A program made the position numbers and the translations under genes. Under the pieces are notes generated by a model. The model did not search any database and was not told the origin of the DNA. It worked only from the letters and a program-made list of their open reading frames with translations. A stretch of 64,000 bases of DNA, from positions 100,998,001 through 101,062,000 of the forward strand of contig NC_042999.1 of NCBI RefSeq assembly GCF_006345805.1, in the 5' to 3' direction. Positions 40,521 through 54,720 of the stretch are shown here, piece after piece; the stretch's first letter is position 1; every line of letters starts with the position of its first letter. This stretch comes from Octopus sinensis. Its lineage: Eukaryota.

Positions 40521-42195
40521 CACTCTTAATAACAATAAAATAAGTTATTAATAATAAATCTATGACACAATTTTACTAACTAGTATTTTGCTAAGTCAAC
40601 AAAGGAACCTCTATATGATTCTTCAATATGCTAGAAATAGCAGCTAAATTTCTCACAAATCACAGCTAAAAGGAACGAGGCAGTCCAACAAGGGTTTTCT
40701 ATACAGGAGCATTGAATCTACTAAGCCATGGCAAGAAAGCTTTGGTCATAGGTCTGCTTCTTCAAAACTGACCTGGGGCTAATCAATACCACCAGCAAAA
40801 TGGAAGACACATTGAATTATAGTCCCAGATACTCTTTTCTTGAATTAAATATGAGACGGTCAAGGCTAGAATGCTACTGATTACAGAGTTGTTTGGTTTG
40901 TGTTGGCAGAGGGCTAAACAACACATTTTTGTTTTTATCATGGAAAAGCATCACATGAAATCATTAACCACCCTACTGATTCGGTGAGCCACTTAAATCA
41001 TAAGCTAAAATGACATGTAACAGGTAAAGTTTGAAATCTAATTCAAAGAATAAATAATGGGAAGCTAATTTCCAATAATGGTTGTTGTGTGAAAGTGTGA
41101 AAAAAATTTTTTTTTTAATTATTTCATCTTGCATGCAAACACATGCACATTTACACAGAGTATAAGACGTATTAGTATTTTGCAATGCAAGACACCATCG
41201 GAAAAAAGTAGGTTGAAGGTGGCTAATACAAGGAGTTTCATGAATATCCTTACACACACTCACACAAACATGTGCACAAGATCACTAAAAATTTTTAATC
41301 AGATATCATCACAATATCATAACATAACATCCATTTTCCCATGGTGGCATGGGTTTGATCATACTGCACATTGCCACTTATTTCAATCTCAATATGTTCT
41401 CTGAGGGCCAGATTCAGATTTAATTTCAGGTCTTCCCCATCTTGTTCTTCCACAGGTGCTCTTCATCAATATCTGAAAATGTTATCCTCCCATATCTTTT
41501 TCTACCTTAATTCTGGCTCATAGTTTAAGAATAATTATAATCATTGGCAGCAGAAGTTGCAGCCATTCTCTTCATGTTGACCTTTTAATAGAATGTCATA
41601 GAAAGGATATATCTTCAATTTGAAGTATTGTAATGTTCATTTTAAATATTTCCAAATATTTTCAGCAAAGTGGTATAATAAACTAGTTATTGAAATTTCA
41701 ATGATATTAAATTATTTGAAAAAATAAAAAGAGTAAAGAAATTACTGGGACAAAAGAAAATATTCTAAGTTATAAGTCATGAGATTTATCTGAGAATGCA
41801 GTTTATTAACTCTTTTGTAAGCATATTTTTATTGAAATATATAAGACAGTCAGTTGGCAGTGTCATTAGAACACTGGATGAAATACGTTGCAGTATGTGC
41901 TCTGCTTCTGAGTTCAAATCCTGCCAAGATCAACTTTGCCTTTCATCCTTTCATGGTTGATAAAAATGTACCAATCTAGCATGGTAAATTGGCAGAACTA
42001 TTAGAGGGCAGGGCAAGATGACTTACACTATCTGTTCTGACTCTGCATTCTAATAGCAATTCCTGTGATGATACAAGTGCCAAGCAGTGTCATTCCAACT
42101 CAGAGGCTTCTCTCTTGGATAACATTGGTGGTGTGCAGACTTGTATGCCAGGGTAACTATCTTCCTAAAAAATATCGTCCAGGCTTGCACATATC

Positions 42196-42590
42196 TCATC
42201 ATAACTGTTTAACATCTGATTTCCATGCTGGCATGAGTTGGACACTTTAATATGGAGCTGGCCAGCCAGGGAGCTGTACAGACTCCAATTGTCTGTTGTG
42301 GTATGGTTTCTGCAGCTGAATGCCCTTCATAAGACCAACTACTTTACAGAATGTGCTTGGTGCTTTCCACATGGCAACAGGTGCATTTATGTAGCACCAG
42401 CATGAGTGCATTTTATGTGGCCCCATCATCTGCAAAGGACAAGAGATTTTACTTAGCCTGATGCATCTTCTCAAGCACAGCAAATTGCCACAACTCCCAG
42501 TCCCTTTCCTCAGTGCCATTTCCTCGGTAAGGCCCAGTGTCTGAAAATCCTGTGTAAACAAATAGTCATCTTGAATCATTGGAAGTTTCC
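42196..42590 (-). mobile_element. 5'-truncated RTE LINE with ORF2 C-terminus and 3' UTR
   Basis: Minus strand gives DFQTLGLTEEMAL.. then, after a frameshift, DWELWQFAVLEKMHQAK*, followed by the family 3' UTR and terminus. Confidence 0.75.
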
Positions 42591-45500
42591 AATGATATAC
42601 AAGCAAGCATCATACATATTATGAAAACACTGTATTCTTGAAAATACTACTGTAATATTATGATATATATGTCAATAGAAAATAGATCTTGCATTACAGA
42701 ATTCCTCTTCTGAATGCACACTTTCATGATGTAAATGATTCATGTACACTGTCTCTAAGTTTCAAATAATTTATTAAAAAAATGTTTTTATTTTTATTCA
42801 TCTAAAAATTTAAAAAATAGAATTGATTTCACAAAAGTTAAACCAGATAGGAACTATTTCTAATGTAGCCAACTGCAGTTACCTATCACTTACATTACAA
42901 CTTCTTCAGGTCTAAGTAACTTTCTCAAAACAAGAAAACTTTTCACTGTCAACATCAAATGAAATATTTTCAAAGGAATTGACAAATCTAAAAGCTCTGA
43001 ATTTATGCAATATGTGAGAGAAATGAAAATGAAATGAAAAACAAATAGCAAAAAGGAAAATCAAGAAGCTAACGATGACGATAATGACGACAATGATAGT
43101 GGTACTGGTGATGCTTGTTGTTGTTGTTGTTGTTAGTAGTAGTAGCAACTTTTTTCAATTATTTTTCAAGAGAGAAAAAAAAGATGCCAACAGAATATAG
43201 AATTCATCATCATCATTACCATAAATCACTGCTATCACCACAGTTACCATTATGAAACTCTCACTTGATACTTAATATATTAATATATTATGGCTGTTCT
43301 GATATTTTTTCCAGATTTGTCAGTTGTCAGAAATTTACATAATTATTATTTTTAAATTAAAGCTGTACATGAAATCCTAGTGCTTTCAGAGATGTTGTCT
43401 TGCTTGCTATGCAGGAAGAGAGTAGGTAGGAACTCAATAATGGAAATTAATTGAGAATAATGAAGAGAGACACACACACATACATACACGCATACAAAAT
43501 GCTGTGGCATTTTTAATAGACTGATAGAGAACTATGTCATTTGATGTGATAGATATACTAGAGTAATTAGTGCTGGTGGCATTTATGAAACAAAATTCAT
43601 GGACTGTTTGTATGGCTCAGTGGATATATCATTTATCTAGGTGAACTAATTAGTGCTGAAGGTAGATATAGTAATAGGTAAGAATGGAAGTTCTGAAAGC
43701 TGTTATACATGCAACTGTCTTAAAAACATAAGTCACAGCAGCTAGTGTAGTCCTAGATAAACTTGTCTATATAAAAAGACAAGATGGATATGTTCAGTAA
43801 GGACTGATCTAGGCCTAAACGATAATATACACAAAAGTATACTCAATAATATATTCATAGGTGAAAATTCAATTGACCAATCACGTTTCATAAGGGTTAT
43901 CTATAGAATATACCTACTGAATGTATCAAATGGCTTTATTCATTGAATAGACACAGTGTAGGGATTAATGTTCCACTTCAGAAGTATAAGGCACAGTATT
44001 GTCATTAAGAAGATAAGTCTATGAAGAAACCTCTATGCAGTCATTTGACTCAATTCACACCTTACCAACTTCAAAAAGAAAGAACATATTGAATAAATTA
44101 GTCCTGAAAATACCAAAAGATGGGTTGGGCAAAACTAAAATTTTTGCTCAATTAGTGCAGATGTGTGACTAATTGACTCAGGTGGTCCATGATCAAAGCA
44201 TTCTGACCATGACTATCACAACTTATTTCAGATAATATATGCAGGGCAACATTATCTAATGTGTCCCTTTTTAAAGATAGTAAATTGATTTGAGAGAAAT
44301 TTGTTAATTATTTGTAATAGATTGAGCCACCATCTCATGACACCTTCCTTAATTTATAAGTTATATATCAGAAGTGGTTTGCGAAAGAGTTACAACATAA
44401 TCATGAGGGGTCCCAGTTTGATCCCACTGCATGGTGTCCTTGTCAAGTGTCATTTACCTGAGTCATGAATTGATTCAAGTCTTGTGAGTGAATAAGGTAG
44501 ACAGAACTGTGGAAGCTCCTTGGATGGATTGTATGTGTAATTCAAAGATCCAACCCTATTACACACTGTGTCATGCTGATCCTGCTTGAGGATTACATCA
44601 AGGACAAATTGCCAATTCAACGAGAGGGCAGTTTAGTAAAATAACTAGAATACTGAACAACTAAGCAACTATTAAGCAAGACTTACTATTGCATAACAGT
44701 AAATATCATTTCCTTCTGTAATTATCATGGTATTTTAAATAGACATCAGACCACAAATTTTGATGGGAAGGGTATTTTCAATGTAAATTAGCCTAGAATA
44801 TGTCTGGTGCTTTATTTTATCACCCACAAAGTGATAAAAGGCAAAATCAACTTAGTGGTGATTTGAAACACCACAGGGTGGTTCAGTGATTTAGTGATGA
44901 TTTAAATCACCACAGGGTAATTCAAAAGTTTCTTTTGTATTCAAATGGTACTAATATTTTTTTTTTTTTTTTACAATTTTGCTTTGAATAACTTTTGTTT
45001 TACATATACACATACATTATTTTATATACTTTAGAAAAAATTTATCATCAAAAGATAAGAAAATATTTTTTATTGCCCTAAAAATAATGCAATAAAACAG
45101 AAACATTGTTCAATAGTTCTAAGTACATCTAGTCTAACTATCTAGAGTGGTCCAGGGGGCTGGAAGCATGAACAGTAGGGCAGTAGACCAGCTGTCCTGA
45201 TATCCCTGAGCTGTAACAGGGTTAGAAGGGAGGAAAGATGAGTCACACATTAAGAAACTCAACTGAGCTGCACTTGGCTTGTTTTTTTTTTTTTTGCTTG
45301 CTTATATTAATGCTGACTTTTGAATCACTCAGCATAAACTTGAATAGATGAATCTTTAAGAATTTTTGTTTCCATACTACTGTTCTGTAACTGAAGTTAC
45401 AACAGCCAGTAAATTGTCCCTGATACTATTGAACAAGATATTGTTTCTAAAAGCAGAAACAATATTCCTTCATTGCTACTCGAATTCTATATTCTTCATA

Positions 45501-47153
45501 ATTAGTGTTATTCAGTGTCTCTGAATTAACTGGAATAAATAATGTATTAATGTTATAGAAATATCAATATAGACTTGTTCATTTGTTTGATAATTGTTAA
45601 AAATTTCAAAGAGAAATTGAAAAAATGAGGGAAGCAAAAAAATCAATCTTTTCTATAATAAAAATAATAATAAAAATTATTATTTCTATCATTTTATCTA
45701 TTAAATCTCAACATAAGATTTATATAACATTTTGTTAAAGGAATTCTTATGTCATTGTAATTATCCAATAATTAATAAATGAATTAAAATTTTTGCAATT
45801 ACATTTTACCAAGTTCTATAACTTGTGCTATAAAATAAAATTTTTTGAAAATAATTTCTTATAGATTACTAAAAAAAATAATAAATAAATATATCAATTT
45901 TACATTATTTGTTTTCTATTTTAATTTGAACAATCTGACAAAAATTATCAAATTTTCTAGATCACTTGTGCATTTAAAATAGTACTGCAACAACAATTTT
46001 AAAAATGCTATTCGTTGTTTGAGTTCTCTCCTTTTCGCTCTCTCTCTCTCTTACACACATACACACACACACATATACACACATAGAGGGAGATAGTAAG
46101 AGGAAACACAGAGAGAAAGAAAATTTGATATTTCTTTATGTTAGATTGATAAAACATTATCTATATATGAATTTTGCCAAACATACAATAAGACAAAACA
46201 AGTATCATAACGAGTAGATCTAGTAATATGTATTTACTTTTTATATAATTTATTTCTCTCTCTATATCTATCTATCTATCTATCTATCTGTGTGTGTGTG
46301 TGTGTCTGTAGCTGTTTCCTGTTTGCACAACCAAACCTATACATATACACATATAAACAGACACACGCATGCACGCGCACACACACACACACACATGCAT
46401 ACAATGTGTCTTTAAGTGAGTTATGTCACATCATTAGCAAATACATTTTTATGTATATTTATTTTGTTAATGTCGCAAAGACATTCTTTGCAAAATGGTT
46501 GCTACTCATTCCAAATATAATTGTAATATTGTTGTTTAATTATTTATCTTTTTATCTTCCTTTTTGTCAATGATGTAGTTGTTTGTTTATTTACATACAA
46601 AATAATATACAAAAATACTTAAGAAATGACAGGCTAATGGAGGGAGGTTGTAAAATGAAGGAAACATTGGAATAAATGAGCAAAACCAAGAAAGAATGAA
46701 GAAAGGGAAGAGAAAAGGAAGAAAGTAAGGAATATTGGAAGGTGATTGAGAAAAAATGACAAATATGATTGAGTCAACAACAAAAACAATAACATAAGAT
46801 AAATAATAGCCAATGGCAAAAAGAAAAGAAAAGGTTAAAGTGAGGATGAGTAAATATAGAGTCAATGAGACATTAACAAAATGGTTCAGAAACAAAATAA
46901 GAAAAAAACAATATGACACAACAAACAAATGTGAAGAATATGTATGTGTTCTGGGAGGGGTGATGATAAAAAAAAAAGATTACAGAGATGAAAAACAATG
47001 AGAGGAGAGGAAGGATGTGGTGGGGAAGGTGAGCAAACATACAAAAATTAGAGCATTATACTCTGAGACATTATCAATACAACTCTGAGTGGAAATGGTT
47101 TTTGCATAAGCCTTAGAGGAAAACAGAATATAAAATAGTAGGCAGTGATTTTG

Positions 47154-47201
<48 letters not shown>

Positions 47202-47314
47202 ATATATGTATGTATATATATATATGTATATATTGCTCTCTCTCTCTGTTATACCTATGCCATAAGTATCCCTTCGTCTTATAACTTATATATTATATAT
47301 ATATATATATATCA

Positions 47315-47533
47315 TCTTTTACTTGTTTCAGTCATTTGATGGAGCCATGCTGGAGCACGGCCCTAAAGGGTTTTACTTGAAGAAATCGACCCTAGGGCTT
47401 TGTAAACCTAGTACATATTCTATTGGTCTATTTTGCCAAACCACTATGTTATAGGGATGTAAATACATTCACATCGGTTGTCAAACAATGGTGGAGGAAC
47501 AAACACAGACACAAAGACACACACAAATATATA

Positions 47534-47587
<54 letters not shown>

Positions 47588-47743
47588 GACAGAATTCTTT
47601 CAGTTTCTGTCTACCAAATCCACTCACAAGGCTTTTGTTGGCCTGAGGCTATATAGAAGACACTTGTCTAAGGTGTCACACAGTGGGACTGAACATGGAA
47701 CCATGTGGTTGGGAAGCAAGCTTCTTACCACACAGCTACACCT
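47315..47743 (-). mobile_element. tRNA-headed SINE, family A, followed by a second 5' half at 47760-47891
   Basis: Reverse-complement match to the 6644 and 59048 copies, including the tail and the internal microsatellite. Confidence 0.8.
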
Positions 47744-48525
47744 ATATATATAATATATATGACAGGCTTCTTTCAGTTTCTGTCTATCAAATCCATTCAC
47801 AAGGCTTTGGTCAGCTCGAAGCTATAGTAGAAATCACTTGCCCAAGATTCCACACAGTGGTTGGGAAGCAAACTTCTTACAACACAACCACATTAATATA
47901 TATTGTGCATGTATTTATATATAAATATATACATACATACATACACACATCATACCAGAAGTATTATTTTTTTATTATACATTTATACAGTGAGCATATT
48001 AACATAAATTCATATAATATAGTATATATCTATGCACATACGCATGCACACACACACATACACACACACACACACAACAATAATAATTAGCATTTTCACT
48101 GATTTGGTTTGATCACGGTGAAGTTGTTGAATTTGTTACAACATTGTTTCATGAATAACACCAGCCAACATTACAGATGTTTCTATTTTAGCTTCATGCT
48201 TTTCATTTGTGTAATATATTCTGTCTATCAATGATTGCCTATAAACTGTATTTTTACAGTTTTATTTCTTAAGAAATTCCTTATGTAACTATACTATTTA
48301 ATTTGATAACAATGATTTAATGTAATAACAATTGCTACATAATATCTGAATATGAGCTTTTTATAAGTTTTTTCCAATATATTCTGAATCAATTTACAAA
48401 CCAGCTGCCTCTGGTTCAGGACTCAATTTTGCTTTAAATCTGAAGTAAAATTTACTGCACTCCTTTGTTAAAAAGATATCTGCTTGTAGTTGTTTCTGAT
48501 AAACATTGCAAAATTAAAAAGAAGA

Positions 48526-48588
48526 AGTAGTGGTAGTAGTAGTAGTAGTAGTAGTAGCAACAGCCACAGCAGCAGCAGTAGTAGTCGC

Positions 48589-48633
<45 letters not shown>
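48526..48633. repeat. (AGT)n/(AGC)n trinucleotide tract
   Basis: Directly visible; it is the source of the poly-Ser ORF at 48490-48729. Confidence 0.9.
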
Positions 48634-48634
<1 letters not shown>

Positions 48635-50521
48635 AATTCAATGGAAAAATAAGTTTGAGATTCTATTTAAATAGGGAACAATATGAAAATATTTGTCTTC
48701 AGAAATTTTTCTCACTTTCTCTTGATTGATTACTTCTCACTAAATGGCTGTTAATTAAATATTTTCAAGCTAAATTCAAAATTCAAAATTCAAAATTAAA
48801 TAAATAAAAATATACCTAAATTCCAAAGGAAACAAAAATGTTATCTTTATACATGAGTAACGATAATATGATTTTTCATAATAAAAAGAATACCCCAGTA
48901 ATGAATCAGTGAGTAGTTTGATTATGCAACTTGACAAAGGAAACATTTATTTTACATTATATGTGTTGCAACAACTAAACTGAAGAAAACATGAAGAATT
49001 AGTTAAGAAACAAAACTAAACTTGCAGCTACAATCAGCTGGTGGTAGCAAATATTGGTGAATGAAAACATGCTGAAATAAATAAAAGTTTTACCAGATGC
49101 CTTCTGGCACTAATATGTTATTTGTGTTTAATCATTATCTGTGCTGCTTTGCTTGTAGTGGAATACTCTAAAAAAAGTTAAGAACTAGCTTGTTAATTTA
49201 TATCATTAATGAATTGGTGAGCAAATGTAATTAATTATCAACAATGTAACCAAGTAACAATGATGTTAAGTTTTGCCAATATAACATGAAGACATGGCTA
49301 TAAAATCTACAACAATCCACAACATTTCTTTATGGTTAAGACAAGTTACCTATAGAATGAAAATGTGAAATGAGAGAGGGGAAAGGGAAAATACTGGAGA
49401 TGAGGTATTGTTAATCTGAGAGGATGTTATCCATTGAGGATTGCAGTTCATTCTTTACCATTTACGTAGGCTGGATTAAAATGAAATCAATGTGCCATTC
49501 TATTCATTCTGATCAATAGGTGTCTAATTGAGAGTTCTTATCTTATTTCTTACACATAACACACATTCCTGAATTTATGATCTGTGTGTCAGCTATTTCT
49601 ACAGATCCACTCGCCCAACAATCAATCTATCAGCATTTTATATAGTTCATGCAGCTGCAATAAAGTAAGTCAGTTGTTTGACTTCTCATTAACAGAATTG
49701 GCATTGTGTCTTACTGCTGTATTATTTTCAGGGAGATAACAATAAACACTGTAACTCCCATGCCTTACTCTAAGACATTAATAATATAACTAAAGAACTT
49801 TGAAATAACTGAAACAGTGGTTGTGGAGATGACTTGTCAAGAGTTTATTTTATTCTTTGGTGTTTGCACATACTACCAACAATTACAATGGCTGTTGTAA
49901 GAATATAGTTTAATGTAGAATCCTAGGAAAGATGCATTCACATAAAAAGCTATATTGTGAACAGCTACTATGGTGAGCACTCCTGAGAAGTAGATGAGCT
50001 GCCAGTGAACAAAATTTGTGACTTGGTTTCAAAATTGGGTATAGGTTTTTCATTTCATTTATGTCACTACTACCTCCAGAACCACATGAGAGTCACAACT
50101 TTTTACAGTAAATAGAACTAACCAATTGTTAAGGACAATTGATATTATAAAATACCAAAAAGAACACATAAAATGCTGCAGTCTTCAAGTAGCACTCTAG
50201 AAACTGAATTAATTGAGGATTAGTTCCAGAAAATCATCATTTAAGTGACTTCAGTACTGTCTATTTACATGTAGGTACTTTATATCAATGAAAAGAGTTC
50301 TGCATTGATTTGATAAGCTTAGACGCTATGGGCAAAAAAGGTATCTTATATTATGGGACAAACCCTTTGTCTGAGAAAAAATTAAATTAATTTTCAGATA
50401 AAGAGTTTGTCTCGAAAACACCAGATTATTCTTGTTCTGATACCATACAAACATATTCAAACTCATGAAATTCATTGTACAATTTTTATTGATATAAATC
50501 CCTATTAGTTTCAGCAAACCT

Positions 50522-50589
<68 letters not shown>

Positions 50590-50600
50590 ATATATTTATA

Positions 50601-50639
<39 letters not shown>

Positions 50640-50700
50640 ATATATTATATATATGTGTGTGTGTGTGTTATATATATATATATAATATATATATATATAT

Positions 50701-50915
50701 TCTTTACTGCCCACAAGGGGCTAAACACAGAGGGGACAAACAAGGACAGACAAAGGGATTAAGTCAACTACATCGACCCCAGTGCGTAACTGGTACTTAA
50801 TTTATCGACCCCGAAAGGATGAAAGGCAAAGTCGACCTCGGCGGAATTTGAACTCGGAACGTAACGACAGACGAATTTCGCCCGGCGTGCTAACGTTTCT
50901 ACCAGCTCGCCGCCT
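50701..50915 (-). mobile_element. tRNA-headed SINE, family C, low divergence and CpG-rich
   Basis: Minus strand has an aggcggcgagctggtagaaacgttagc A-box region, a gagttcaaattcc B box and a gcctttcatcctttcggggtcgataaattaagtaccag core. Flanked by (TA)n. Confidence 0.85.
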
Positions 50916-50932
50916 TTTTTATATATATATAT

Positions 50933-51710
50933 GACCGGTTGAGGCAAGCGAAGTCGATATAGAACCTCATCCGACGACAGACACCCATCCCAACCCCCCA
51001 TGCTTGCGAAGACATGTTGGGGCAAGCGAAATCGAAATCGAAATCGAAACCGAATTGAACCAGCCAGGATCCCTGGCCTGGTGGTAAGTAAAAAGCACTA
51101 TCCGACTCGGGGCCGTGGCACGTAAAATACTCCAATGCGACCGTACGACAGGCACCCATGCCACCCCCTTTGCTTGTGAAGACATGTTGGGGCAAGCGAA
51201 ATCGAAATCGAATTGAACCAGCCAGGATCCCTGGTCTGGTGGTACGTAAAAAGCACTATCCGACTCGTGGCCGTGGCACGTAAAATACTCACATGCGACC
51301 GTACGACAGGCACCCTTGCCAACCCCCTTTGCTTGTGAAGACATGTTGGGGCAAGCGAAATCGAAATCGAATTGAACCAGCCAGGATCCCTGGTCTGGTG
51401 GTACGTAAAAAGCACTATCCGACTCGTGGCCGATGCCAGCACCGCCTCGACTGGCTTCCGTGCCGGTGGCACATAAAATACACCAATCTGACCGTGGCCG
51501 TTGCCAGCCCCGCCTGGCACCTGTGCAGGTGGCACGTAAAAGCACCCACTACACTCACGGAGTGGTTGGCGTTAGGAAGGGCATCCAGCTGTAGAAACAT
51601 TGCCAAATTAGACTGGAGCCTGGTGCAGCCTTCTGGCTTCCCAGAACCCTGGTCGAACCGTCCAACCCATGCTGGAGAGAACGGACGTTAAACGACGATG
51701 ATGATGATGA

Positions 51711-51713
<3 letters not shown>
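50933..51713 (+). mobile_element. RTE-type LINE 3' end with expanded internal array, CpG-rich
   Basis: Family terminus with (GAC/GAT)n tail at about 51690-51713. The 5' part is a tandem array. Confidence 0.8.
50975..51432 (+). repeat. Tandem array of about 2.8 units of 158-171 bp
   Basis: Units start at 50975, 51146 and 51304. The length differences come largely from the number of GAAATC hexamers. Confidence 0.9.
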
Positions 51714-51789
<76 letters not shown>

Positions 51790-51798
51790 AATATATAT

Positions 51799-54720
51799 AT
51801 GCTCCTACTGAACATCAGAGGACTACTAACACACAGTAACAGGACAAAAGTCCTGTTCCTGAGAGACTTTGTCACATGCAATCAAGCTTATGCATAGCAC
51901 TCACAGAAACGCATCTGAAACCGGACATAGCAGATGCGGATTACAATATCACAGTATGTTGTACTACGGACCGACAGGAAAGAAAGGAGTCATGGAGGAG
52001 TTGCTATGTACATCCGTGGGGACCTCACACCCCAGGTCCTTTTGTCATACTCAAACTCGGTGTGTGACACACTAATTGTACACATAAGGCAACTTGATGT
52101 AGTTGTGTGTGCTACATATCGCCCTCCAGATGCCCCAAGTCATATGGGCAAGTTTGAGGACTGCCTTTAAAAATAGAAGAAGTTCTAACCACATTAGAAC
52201 AACACATAAGTGTACTTCTCATGGGAGACTCAATCTACCGAATGTCAGATGGCCCGAGGGCCTTTCTCTCCCAGGAATGACAAGATGTGAACGTGGACAG
52301 GCGAGGTCCCTCCTGAACCTCACCAACACCCTGTACATGGAGCAAGTAATACTGCAACAAACCAGAGCAGGTAACACACTGGATCTCTGCTTCACAAATA
52401 ATATGGATCTCATCATAATGTGAAAGTGACACCGACACTACTCTCGGATCACAACATGGTAGAGCTGACCATGTACGGGCCAAAAGAGAGCACGGACATG
52501 CAGCCTACAAGAAACCCTCAGAATCTTTCCAGCTTGAACTTCAATAAGGCAAACTGGAAACAAATTGAGAAAGAGATCCTCAAACAAAACTAATGGCCTG
52601 AATGTCTCTCTCGCCGGACATCGACATGATACTTCAACAATTCATGTCTGTAATGCAAGCCATATGCTACAAATGTGTCCCAGAGAGAAAGGCCACTGTA
52701 CACAAGAACAAAATCCCCAGAGAGAGGAAAATTTTAATGAGACGGCGTACAAAAATTTCAAATCGCCTAAACAAAAAATTGAAAGCAGTGAAAAGTCCCG
52801 CCTGAAAATAAAACTGTTGGAAATTGAAAATTGTCTGCAACTCTCCCATGAGAAGGAAAGAGCAGACAAAGAAGCCTGGGCTATAGACAACATAAAAACT
52901 AACCCCAGAGCTTTCTACAGGTATGCCAAAGAAAAAGCTATGGTGCACTGTAGGATAGGGCACTCCTTGAAAAGGATGGCACACTCACAGGAAAACCAAT
53001 GAGGGTAAGTGAAATACTGAATGAACAATTCAAGAGTGTTTTCACTCCACCCCTTGGGCATTTCCAAATCAGCAATCCAACTGACTTCTTTACCACTGCA
53101 GATATAGAATCAGAGGCGGCGACGATAAATTACATCGATATAAAGGAAGACGATGTAATAAAGGCTATAGATGAAATGAAAATAGACTCAGCTATTGGCC
53201 CCGATAGATTCCCGGCAATCCTCCTAAAAGTATGTAAGAGAGTCTTAGCAAGACCACTGCAGTTCCTCTTTCAGAGCTTCCTTGCAGCTGGCAAAATATG
53301 CCCTATTCATAAACGAGGTAGCAGAGCGGAGGCCAAGAACTACAGACCTATCTCTCTGACCTCACACATCAGCAAGGTCATGGAACGAATAGTCAGAAGG
53401 AAACTAATCACCTTCCTTGAAGAAAATGACTTGCTGCCTGACACCCAACATGGTTTCCGACCAGGAAGAAGCTGCTTAACTCAGCTCCTGCAGCACTATG
53501 ACTGGGTGCTGAAACAACTGCTCAACCACTCAAATGTGGAAGTCATATATCTCGACTTCGCAAAGGCCTTCGATAAGGTCGATCATGGAATGATATGTCA
53601 CAAACTGCATGATCTTGGCATAGTTGGAAAACTAGGAGAATGGCTTCACGACTTTCTGAAGAATAGAAGTCAGGTGGTAGTAGCCAATGGGGCCACTTCC
53701 ATTAGCACGCAAATAGTGAGCGGTGTTCCACAGGGCACTGTTTTGGGACCACTACTGTCATAATGGCCCTCTCAGACATGCCCTCAGCCACGCAGAGAGC
53801 CACGATCACAAGTTATGCAGATGATACAAAAGTTTCACAGGCAATACAGAACCCTGAGGACACTAAACACCTGCAATGTGAGCTGGACGAAATACAAAGT
53901 GGGCTGAAAAGAATAGCATGCAGTTCAATGCTGGAAAGTTTCAAGCTTTATACTATCAGCATGCAAAACTGAATGCAATACCCAATGAATACACTGGACC
54001 CGGAGGGATTGCAATCCCAGAGGCACAATCAGTGCGTGACCTGGGTATTCACATGAGTGATGACGCGACCTTTCATGTACATGTTGCTAAACTGACAATG
54101 AAATGTAGACGGCTGGCTGGATGGATTCTTAGAACCTTTAGAACAAGAGACAAGAAACCATGATGGTCCTCTGGAAGACACTTGTCCTAAGCCACTTTGA
54201 CTATTGCTCTCAGCTATGGTCACCATCCAGTGTCAAGTTGATCACAGAACTTGAGGCGATCCAACGAAGCTACACAAGAAGATAGCCTCTATGCAGAATG
54301 TAAGCTACTGGGAAAGACTCAAGAGATTAAATTTATATTCCTGGAGCGTAGGCGGGAAAGATATGCCATAATATACATCTGGAAGATCCTGGAGGGAAGT
54401 GTCCTGAACTTTGGCATCGAGAGTTACGCAAATGCCAGAACTGGGCGCCACTGCGTGGTGCCTAGGACTTCAAACCTGCCATCAAGATGTAGGACAAGAT
54501 TCTGTGATAGCCTGGGCTTCCGAGGCCCACAGCTTCTCAATATCCTCCCGAAGAACCTGAGAGACCTGCATGGGGTGGATACAGATGTCTTTAAAATGAA
54601 GCTGGATCTCTTCCTGTCAGGGTCCCAGATGAACCAACTTCACGGCAGGAGGGGCAGATGAGGGCAGCTGCATCGAACTCTCTCATGCACCAAATAGCAG
54701 TTGCTAGAAAGCCTCCATGA
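51799..54720 (+). pseudogene. Frameshifted LINE ORF2 (APE endonuclease plus reverse transcriptase)
   Basis: Spread across many reading frames (ORFs 51876, 51934, 52103, 52565, 52602, 52999, 53763, 53918, 54251). The reconstructed terminal stop is TGA at 54718-54720. Confidence 0.9.

Noticed and set aside
45438-45465. Perfect 11-bp AT-rich hairpin, and a similar 11-bp stem at 22515-22557
   Set aside because: By rough estimate about one such stem is expected by chance in 64 kb of this composition, and both are too short for a pre-miRNA.
48490-48729. Poly-serine ORF
   Set aside because: It is an (AGT)n tract with non-coding flanks.
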